41,440 bases of DNA from a virus (lineage: Duplodnaviria; Caudoviricetes). Made by a program: the position numbers and the translations under genes. The notes beneath the pieces were generated by a model that saw nothing but the letters and a program-made list of their open reading frames with translations, did no database searches and was not told where the DNA came from. Below, one piece after another: positions 34,239 through 41,053 of this stretch (positions are counted from its first letter, which is position 1; the number at the start of each line of letters is the position of its first letter). Location of the stretch: positions 1 to 41,440 of IMG/VR virus record IMGVR_UViG_3300011433_000003. The stretch is one strand, 5' to 3'.

Positions 34239-35540
34239 ATGTCGAACTTCCAGCCCGCCGGTACGAAGGATGTCAAGATCAACCTGGCCGGTGCGTACCG
34301 GACCACCTTCACGCACCTGGTGGAGGGCGACGTGATCCGCCTGGACCGCCGGGTGGACGGGCTGGCCAACGGCGCGCTGATCCCGACGCCCACCCACTCC
34401 CCCAAGCGCTCCTTCTGGGCGACGGTGACCAAGGTGGAGCGCGCCGGACGCATCCAGATCACCACGGACCAGGGCCTCATGCCGTGGGAGGCCGCTCACA
34501 CCTCCATCACTCGCAAGGAGCGCAAGTCGGAGACCACCGCCCGCCTGGCCATCGACGCCACCGCCCGACAGGCGGCGCTGCTGGACTCGGAGCGCGAGGT
34601 GGCCGCCGGTCACATCCAGGACATGGCCGCTGAGCACGAGGACGCCGCCCGCACGCCCCGTGAGGCGCTGACCGCTGAGCTGGCCCAGGTCCGCGAGGAT
34701 CGCGCCCGGATCGTGTACGGCGTGACCCGCCCCAACGTCAAGAAGGCGGCGGCGGATGCCCGGATTGCTGAGCTGGAAATCCAGCTGGCGACGCTGGACG
34801 CCACCCCGGAGCGCGCCGCGCTGGGTGAGCCCATGTGCCTGGGTGACTTCGGTGCCTACGGCCAGTGCATCGCGGTCCCCGGGCACTTCGGTCCCTGCAT
34901 GGACGCCTTCGGCCACCGGTTCGACGGACGCAACCGCAACGCCGCGCTGCCCACCCGCACGATCACCCTGGACCAGCTGGGAGACCCGGACGCCATGTTC
35001 CCGGCCACCAGCGCCTACCCGGTGATGACCGGCACCCCGAAGACGGACCCGGCCTACGTCCCGGTGATCCGTCAGGATGAGATCCGGCCCATCAGCGGCC
35101 AGACGGAGATGACGAAGCGGACCCGGGGCGTGCAGGTCTGGCACCCCGACTACACGGGCACGGTCTGGGTGGTCACCGCTGCGGTAGGTGACCAGTGCAA
35201 CCTGGTCGTCCCGGCCACGGGGGACGTGCTGCTGGACGTTCCGGCCTGGCTGCTCCAGCCGGTCACGGTGGAGAACATGGCGGCGTACGTGGCCACCCTG
35301 GGACCGCGTGGCGGCGGCGCGGCGCTCGCGCTGGTGGCGGTCCAGGACCGTCTGCGCAAGGGCACCCAGGCGTCGGACAAGGTGAAGGACGCCCGCCGGG
35401 TGCTGGCGGACAAGCTGGCCGGGGCGAAGGAGCAGCGGCGCGCGATGAACGGCCGGTTCCTGGACCTGGACCGGGTGGCCCAGGCCGCCAACGATGCCCG
35501 CATTGAGGCGCTGGAGGAGGCGCTGTCCCTGCTGGCCTGA
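34239..35540 (+). CDS. Multi-domain hypothetical protein (433 aa)
   Basis: GACGAAGGAG RBS; beta-rich N-domain, coiled coils, C...C...H...C segment. Confidence 0.75.
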   Translation: MSNFQPAGTKDVKINLAGAYRTTFTHLVEGDVIRLDRRVDGLANGALIPTPTHSPKRSFWATVTKVERAGRIQITTDQGLMPWEAAHTSITRKERKSETTARLAIDATARQAALLDSEREVAAGHIQDMAAEHEDAARTPREALTAELAQVREDRARIVYGVTRPNVKKAAADARIAELEIQLATLDATPERAALGEPMCLGDFGAYGQCIAVPGHFGPCMDAFGHRFDGRNRNAALPTRTITLDQLGDPDAMFPATSAYPVMTGTPKTDPAYVPVIRQDEIRPISGQTEMTKRTRGVQVWHPDYTGTVWVVTAAVGDQCNLVVPATGDVLLDVPAWLLQPVTVENMAAYVATLGPRGGGAALALVAVQDRLRKGTQASDKVKDARRVLADKLAGAKEQRRAMNGRFLDLDRVAQAANDARIEALEEALSLLA

Positions 35541-35612
35541 TCAGAACTGGGGTCCGGCAGAAATGTCGGACCCCCTTTGTACTGTGTACACAACCGACGA
35601 AGGAGAGCCCCC

Positions 35613-36701
35613 ATGCCCCCCAGGCCCAGGAAGGCCGCCCCGCCCGCCGTGGCGGATCCGTTCGCCACTCCGGCGTCCGGGAACACCAAGGACGGCGGTC
35701 CGGTCCGTAGGGACCGCTACGGCCGGTACATGGCACCGACCCCGCCCACGGAGGCGGAGCCCAACGGCGGGTTCAAGGACCAGCCGTACACCCGGGCCAC
35801 CACGATGGCCAAGACCATTTCGGACACGTTCGCCTTGGACCAGTGGGGCAACCGCATGGTGGCGAAGGGGCTCACGCTCCGGCCGGATCTCCGGGCGCTG
35901 GTGGCGGCCACGCCGTTCACCGACAGGGACACGCTGAACAAGGCGTGCGAGGACGCCAAGTCCGCCGCCGGGTCCAAGGTCTCCGCCAACCTGGGCACCG
36001 CCCGGCACGCGCTGACGGAGCTGGCCGACCGTGGCCAGCCGCTCCCGCCGCTGGAGCCCGCTGAGCAGGCGGACCTGTCCGCCTACCAGGCGGCGCTGGC
36101 GGAGGCCGGGATCAAGGTGCTGCCCCAGTACATCGAACGGACCGTCATCCGACCGGACTTCGGCGTGGCCGGGACGTATGACCGGATCGTGGAAATGCCG
36201 GACGGGACCCGCCGCATCGCGGACCTGAAGACCGGGGCGGACCTGTCCTACGGTTGGTCGGAGATCGCCATCCAGGAGGCGATCTACCAGGGGGCGGAGT
36301 GGATGTACGACTACGTGACCGGCACCTGGGAGCGGATGCCGGAGACCGACCCGGCCATGGGCCTGGTCATGCATCTGCCCGTGGGCCAGGGCGTGTGCAC
36401 GCTCTACCACGTCAACCTGGCCGCTGGCCGGGCCGGTCTCGCGCTGGCCCACCAGGTCCGGGCGCACCGCAAGCTGAAGAACCTGGCTGTCCCGTTCGGC
36501 ACGGCCACCGTGGCGATCACCGGCCAGGCGGAGGTGGGTACGCCCACCGTCGCCCCGGCCACGCCCCTCCAGCGCGTGCGTGCGGCCACCAACAAGGCCA
36601 CGCTGGCGGCGCTGTGGGAGGAGCTGAACCCCCAGGGTCTCTGGACCGGTGAGCTGATGGCCGCCGCCCAGGACCAGCTCACGAAGTTCGCCACCACGTA
36701 G
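35613..36701 (+). CDS. PD-(D/E)XK exonuclease (RecE/Cas4-like phage nuclease)
   Basis: GTARH, E-R, AGTYDR, IADLKTG and QEAIY motifs. Confidence 0.85.
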   Translation: MPPRPRKAAPPAVADPFATPASGNTKDGGPVRRDRYGRYMAPTPPTEAEPNGGFKDQPYTRATTMAKTISDTFALDQWGNRMVAKGLTLRPDLRALVAATPFTDRDTLNKACEDAKSAAGSKVSANLGTARHALTELADRGQPLPPLEPAEQADLSAYQAALAEAGIKVLPQYIERTVIRPDFGVAGTYDRIVEMPDGTRRIADLKTGADLSYGWSEIAIQEAIYQGAEWMYDYVTGTWERMPETDPAMGLVMHLPVGQGVCTLYHVNLAAGRAGLALAHQVRAHRKLKNLAVPFGTATVAITGQAEVGTPTVAPATPLQRVRAATNKATLAALWEELNPQGLWTGELMAAAQDQLTKFATT

Positions 36702-36710
36702 TGCCTTGAT

Positions 36711-36754
36711 CACGGTTGGCTGTCGTTTGACAGCGGTGGCCAACCGTGTATAGT
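36711..36754 (+). promoter_or_regulatory. Near-consensus promoter embedded in a hairpin
   Basis: TTGACA (36727-32), 16-nt spacer, TATAGT (36749-54); arms cacggttggc / gccaaccgtg. Confidence 0.7.
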
Positions 36755-36759
36755 GGAAA

Positions 36760-37190
36760 TTGCGAACCGGGGCACCGGGGAGCTGGCCCGGGAAGTCATG
36801 AGCCCGGGTAGAGGTGAAGGTGTGAAGTCGCACAGGGAACCGGTGGGCTTAGGCCGATGGCGACCAGGACGGGGAGCGTTACCCCGGCACCTCGCAAGGC
36901 GGAAACAAACCCTGACACGGGATCTGGATGGCTACCGGCGCGCTGCGCCTCACCTGTCCAGGCGGTGAGCAGGTGGAAACTGGCCTTCCAGGGAACGCCA
37001 CCGTTTACTTAGGCGTGACCACCAGCAGAGCTGGGACCAGGTAGAGCGGGCACCTACGGTACCGCGAGGACGGCATGCCTGCCGTGACAGCTGGGAGAGA
37101 CCAGCACCCGCCGGGCGGAGCAGGGAGGCTAGTGGCCGAACCTCCGCCCGGCGGACCACCCAGAAGCGGCGCGCAAGCGCCCACCCCCTA
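36760..37190 (+). ncRNA. Putative large structured non-coding RNA (or structured leader), family unknown
   Basis: No convincing ORF in ~500 bp; about ten stems including a 13-bp perfect stem (37108-20 / 37142-54) and a GCAA tetraloop hairpin; strong promoter upstream. Confidence 0.55.
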
Positions 37191-37206
37191 GCCAGGAGGC
37201 TTAGCA

Positions 37207-37752
37207 ATGACCGAGACCATCACCACGGACCCGTTCGCCGCCGGTACCGAGGACGACCCGTTCAACCGGCCGAACGCCGGAGGCGGGTTCCCCAAGCTGG
37301 AGGACCTGGAGGGCCAGCTCCTGCTGATCAAGCCCCTGGCCATCAAGGCGGTGCCGGACCGGTTCGCCCCGGCGGACTCCCCGCGCCTGAAGGACCGGGC
37401 CACCTGCGACGTGACCGTGTTCCAGGAGGACGGTACCCACCGCACCTTCCGGAGCATGTACATCAGCCAGGCGGGTCTCCTGCCCCAGCTGGCCCAGATC
37501 CTGGAGGACGCCAACCCGAACAAGCCCTTCGTCCTGGGCGTCCTGGGCATGCTGCCCAACAAGGACGCCAAGAGCAAGGGCATCGACACCCGGGAGAAGC
37601 TGAAGGCCGGTCTGGACGCCTGGGTCAAGCGCGGTGGCAAGGGTGACAAGCCGGGCTACTTCTGGGGTCTGGACGCGTTCACCCCGGAGCAGGCCAACCA
37701 GGCCCGGCCGGTCGCGCTGGCGATGCTGAACAAGTCCAACCCGTTCGCCTGA
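37207..37752 (+). CDS. Conserved-looking phage protein, possibly ssDNA-binding
   Basis: AGGAGG RBS; beta-rich core; NPFA C-terminus; neighbour of the exonuclease. Function is inferred only. Confidence 0.5.
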   Translation: MTETITTDPFAAGTEDDPFNRPNAGGGFPKLEDLEGQLLLIKPLAIKAVPDRFAPADSPRLKDRATCDVTVFQEDGTHRTFRSMYISQAGLLPQLAQILEDANPNKPFVLGVLGMLPNKDAKSKGIDTREKLKAGLDAWVKRGGKGDKPGYFWGLDAFTPEQANQARPVALAMLNKSNPFA

Positions 37753-37807
37753 TAGACCCGCTGTCCCGGCCGTTGCTTCTCGTAGCGCGGCCGGGGCGGT
37801 GAACATG

Positions 37808-37892
37808 GAGCCTGTAGCTCAGCGGCAGAGCAGCGACGGTAGACCGGTCCCTGGCCGATCGTGTGTCGTCGGTTCGAATCCGACCAGGTTCC
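37808..37892 (+). tRNA. tRNA-like element 1 (canonical acceptor, D and T arms; enlarged anticodon arm, identity undetermined)
   Basis: GAGCCTG/CAGGTTC acceptor; TAGCTCAGCGGCAGAGC D-arm; GTCGG-TTCGAAT-CCGAC T-arm; no encoded CCA. Confidence 0.65.
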
Positions 37893-37914
37893 CTTGACAG
37901 CCCGGAAAGACGGG

Positions 37915-37997
37915 TGTTCGCCCCGGGCAGACGTGCCCACCAGGCAGAGCCGGAGGGACTCCCGGCGGGTGGTTCGAATCCACCAGGGGCACGAGCA
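37915..37997 (+). ncRNA. tRNA-like element 2 (T-arm intact, other arms non-canonical)
   Basis: GGTGG-TTCGAAT-CCACC; closing stem TGTTCG-CCCC / GGGG-CA-CGAGCA; two internal hairpins. Confidence 0.5.
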
Positions 37998-38139
37998 GTC
38001 CGCCCACCGGCACGACTGGTCTGAACAACTCATCCGGTGGCCCGCCCAGGGTTAGGGGTGCACGATCAGCCCGGTCGACAAGGCCGGTAAGGGGCGTCGG
38101 GCCTGAAGGTCGAATTACCCGGCGTCCACCGGGCTGCAA

Positions 38140-38234
38140 TGGGAAGTTGGCGGGATGACGGCAGTCCCGCGCCGCTCTTTTGCGGTGGTGCCCGGCCAGG
38201 CACCCGGCCGGAGGTTCGACTCCTCCCTTCCCAG
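38140..38234 (+). ncRNA. tRNA-like element 3 (6-bp D stem, long variable arm, 6-nt anticodon loop)
   Basis: TGGGAAG/CTTCCCA acceptor; GCGGGA/TCCCGC; GCCGC-TCTTTT-GCGGT; GGTGCC/GGCACC; GGAGG-TTCGACT-CCTCC. Confidence 0.6.
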
Positions 38235-38238
38235 CGAT

Positions 38239-38267
38239 GCCCGGCTACGGCCGGGCTTCACCCTTTC
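38239..38267 (+). terminator. Hairpin closing the RNA cluster (possible terminator)
   Basis: gcccggc-TACG-gccgggc followed by ttcacccttt. Confidence 0.5.
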
Positions 38268-38278
38268 AAGGAGGCGGT

Positions 38279-38497
38279 ATGACGTTCTGGGACCTGGTGG
38301 ACAAGTACCCGGCAGGGTTCGCCCTGCTCTACTTCTTCACGCTGCTGTTCGTGGTCTTCGTGGTGGCCGGTGCGTTTATCGAGAAGACCAAGCGCACCAT
38401 CGCGGAGAGCGCGGCGGTTACCGCCGTGTCGGCGTCGGAGAGCGCGGCGGAGATCGCGAAGGCCCAGGCTTTCGCAGCTACGCACCAGCACGGCTGA
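38279..38497 (+). CDS. Small single-pass membrane protein
   Basis: AAGGAGG RBS; hydrophobic GFALLYFFTLLFVVFVVAGAFI. Confidence 0.75.
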   Translation: MTFWDLVDKYPAGFALLYFFTLLFVVFVVAGAFIEKTKRTIAESAAVTAVSASESAAEIAKAQAFAATHQHG

Positions 38498-38547
38498 ACC
38501 GGTCCGGCGGGCAACCGCCGGGCCTTACCCCCTCCTTGGAGGAGACC

Positions 38548-38679
38548 ATGAACTGGAACTTCCGGATCGGCCCGCTGCGCTTCACCAAGCGGGCATCGTT
38601 GATCGGTATCGTGGTGGCCGCCTGGCTGGTCATCATCGTCTGTTGCTGCTTCCCATTCGTGGTTGGCAGCGGGATCTGA
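38548..38679 (+). CDS. Small single-pass membrane protein (43 aa, CCC motif)
   Basis: GGAGGAG RBS; LIGIVVAAWLVIIVCCCFPFVV. Confidence 0.7.
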   Translation: MNWNFRIGPLRFTKRASLIGIVVAAWLVIIVCCCFPFVVGSGI

Positions 38680-38690
38680 AGGAGGCGCAC

Positions 38691-40004
38691 ATGCGTATCG
38701 GAATCACTGGCGGCGGCGGGTTCATCGGGTCGCACACCGCCCGGATGGCGCTGGACATGGGCCACCAGGTGGTGGTCCTGGACCGCACCGGGGACCTGAA
38801 GGGACCCATCGGAGCGATGCTGGAGGACGGGACCGCCGCGCTGTTCCTGGGCGACGTGCGCGACCAGTCCACCATGATGGAGCTGGCCGCCCACGTGGAC
38901 GGGATCATCCACCTGGCGGCCTGCCTGGGCACTCAGGAGACTATCCAGAACCCCCTCCCGGCGGCGGAGACGAACATCTTCGGCGGCCTGAACTTCCTCC
39001 AGGCGTGCGCCCAGTACAGCGTCCCGGGCGTGTACATCGGGGTGGGCAACCACTTCATGGACAACAGCTACTCGATCACCAAGACCACGGTGGAGCGGTT
39101 CGTCTCCATGTACAACCGCGAGCGCGGCACCCGGGTCAACATCGTCCGGGCGGTCAACGCCTACGGTCCCGGCCAGTCCGTGGCCGCCCCGTACGGCTCC
39201 GCCAAGGTTCGCAAGATCACGCCCAGCTTCGTGTGCCGGGCGCTGCTGGGTCACGTCGTGGAGATCTACGGGGACGGTCGCCAGATCAGCGACATGGTCC
39301 ACGTCACCGACGTGGCGAAGGCGCTGGTCCTGGCGCTGGAGGCGGCGGCGGACGGCCGGTACCTGGGTACCTCCATGGTCCCGGTGCCGGTGGAGGTGGG
39401 GCCGAAGGCGGAGGACTCCCTGTCCGTCCTCCAGGTCGCCCGGCTGGTGGTGGAGGACGCCACCGCCTACCAGGCCAGCAAGCTGGACACGGTGGGCATG
39501 TCCCAGATCAGGCACCTCCCCATGCGGCCGGGCGAGATCGCCGGAGCGCGGGTCTCCGCCGACACGCGGACGCTGCGCTCTATCGGGTTCAACGTGGCCG
39601 ACCTGGTGCCGGTCCGCGTGGGCATCCAGCAGACCGTCCGCTGGTTCGCTGAGCACTGGCTCCCGGAGTACCAGGTGGAGCAGGAGCGCCGCACCCAGGC
39701 CACCCGGTCCCGGATCGGCCACCTGCTGGACTACGTGAGCGACAACATCGCCCGGGAGGAGGAACTGAACCGGTTCCCTGCCCAGCACGTGGACCTGGCG
39801 GACTTCCCGGTCCCGGCGGAGGTGCTGGGCGAGACCCCGCCCATCCTCCGGCAGATGCAGCGGGACATGGACCTCCACCAGGAGGCCGCCGCCGTGGTCC
39901 GGGACATCATGCGCCCGGCGGCATCGGCTCCGGAGATCGGTCCTGACGCCTCCGTCCTGCTCCCGGACTTCACCGCGACCCAGGCCCACGGGGACATCCA
40001 CTGA
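38691..40004 (+). CDS. NAD-dependent nucleotide-sugar epimerase/dehydratase (extended SDR)
   Basis: ITGGGGFIG, IIHLAA, YSITK (YxxxK), NAYGPGQ, GDGRQISDMVHVTD; AAGGAGG RBS. Confidence 0.92.
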   Translation: MRIGITGGGGFIGSHTARMALDMGHQVVVLDRTGDLKGPIGAMLEDGTAALFLGDVRDQSTMMELAAHVDGIIHLAACLGTQETIQNPLPAAETNIFGGLNFLQACAQYSVPGVYIGVGNHFMDNSYSITKTTVERFVSMYNRERGTRVNIVRAVNAYGPGQSVAAPYGSAKVRKITPSFVCRALLGHVVEIYGDGRQISDMVHVTDVAKALVLALEAAADGRYLGTSMVPVPVEVGPKAEDSLSVLQVARLVVEDATAYQASKLDTVGMSQIRHLPMRPGEIAGARVSADTRTLRSIGFNVADLVPVRVGIQQTVRWFAEHWLPEYQVEQERRTQATRSRIGHLLDYVSDNIAREEELNRFPAQHVDLADFPVPAEVLGETPPILRQMQRDMDLHQEAAAVVRDIMRPAASAPEIGPDASVLLPDFTATQAHGDIH

Positions 40005-41053
40005 TGAAGATCTTCTTCTGGAGCGCGGGCAGCGATGGCAGTAGCTTCTACCGCCAGGCCCTGCCCGCGCTCGGACTCGGGTGGCGCGGCCACCGGGTGG
40101 GTACGGGTCAGCAACTGTCCCTGCCCGCCGTACGCGACTGTGACGCCGTGATCGGTGCACGGATAGCCAGTGCCCCCGCAACGCTTGCCTGGCAGGCTCT
40201 CAGCGCCCAGGGCGTGCCCCTGGTGCTCGACCTGGACGACGACTACTTCAACCTGGACCCGTCCAACCGCCGGGCGTACGAATTCTGGGGCAAGGACGGG
40301 CTGCGCCAGCGGCTGGCGGACAACATGGACGCCGCCAGCCTGGTCACCGTCGCCAGCCAGGGCCTGGCCGCCGCCATGGCGGAGCGGACCAGTACGCCCA
40401 TCGCGGTGGTGCCCAACCTCCTGCCCGCCCAGTACCTGGCCGCCCCCCGGGCGTACGGGGACAAGGTGACGGTGGGCTGGGCGGGGTCCAGCTCCACGCT
40501 GCACGAACTCCCGATCATCGCCCGGTCCCTGAACCGCCTGGCGCGGCTGGCCCGGCCGGTGCAGGTCAAGCTGGTGGGCTGCACGCTGGAGGAGGCGGGA
40601 GCCATGGGGGTGGACGTGTCCACCGGCCTGGTGTCGGCCACCGGCTGGATCCCGGACGTGCCCAGCTACCTGAAGGAGTGCATGGCTTTCGACATCTGGC
40701 TCGCGCCGTACCGCCCCACCCCGTTCAACCAGGCCAAGTTCCCCACCAAGGCGCTGGAGTCCAGCTTCCTGGGCATCCCCCTGTTGGCCAGCCCCACCCG
40801 GCCGTACGCCGACTGGGTCACCGACCGTGGGCCGAACCCGTGCGGGGTCACCCTGGTCCGCCATGACCACGACTGGGGGCACTACCTGAAGGCGCTCACC
40901 GACCCCGACGACGGTCCGGTCCGGCGGCGCGCGGCCGGTGAGGCGGCCACCGCCGCCGCCAGCTCTTCCATCCTCCAGTCCGGCGCGGCCTGGTGGGAGT
41001 CCGCTATCCAGACTGCCCGCATCAACACCAAGAGGGAGGCACCCCATGCTTGA
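40004..41053 (+). CDS. GT-B fold glycosyltransferase (GT4-like)
   Basis: FYRQALP, DLDDD, VGWAGS, DIWLAP...FNQAKFPTKALE...LGIP. Confidence 0.85.
   Translation: MKIFFWSAGSDGSSFYRQALPALGLGWRGHRVGTGQQLSLPAVRDCDAVIGARIASAPATLAWQALSAQGVPLVLDLDDDYFNLDPSNRRAYEFWGKDGLRQRLADNMDAASLVTVASQGLAAAMAERTSTPIAVVPNLLPAQYLAAPRAYGDKVTVGWAGSSSTLHELPIIARSLNRLARLARPVQVKLVGCTLEEAGAMGVDVSTGLVSATGWIPDVPSYLKECMAFDIWLAPYRPTPFNQAKFPTKALESSFLGIPLLASPTRPYADWVTDRGPNPCGVTLVRHDHDWGHYLKALTDPDDGPVRRRAAGEAATAAASSSILQSGAAWWESAIQTARINTKREAPHA

Noticed and set aside
35613-36701. Cas4-like nuclease as part of a CRISPR system, with the downstream non-coding region as an array
   Set aside because: There are no regularly spaced direct repeats and no other cas genes; such nucleases are routine in actinophage recombination modules.
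36760-37190. RNase P RNA, tmRNA or self-splicing intron identity for the large non-coding region
   Set aside because: I found no GAGGAAAGUCC P4 motif, no tmRNA-type ends or tag frame, and no interrupted host gene; cagaagcggc near 37161 is only a weak resemblance to RNase P.
38140-38234. Functional selenocysteine tRNA (selC)
   Set aside because: No UCA anticodon, a 6-nt loop, a 7-bp rather than 8-bp acceptor stem and no sel genes.
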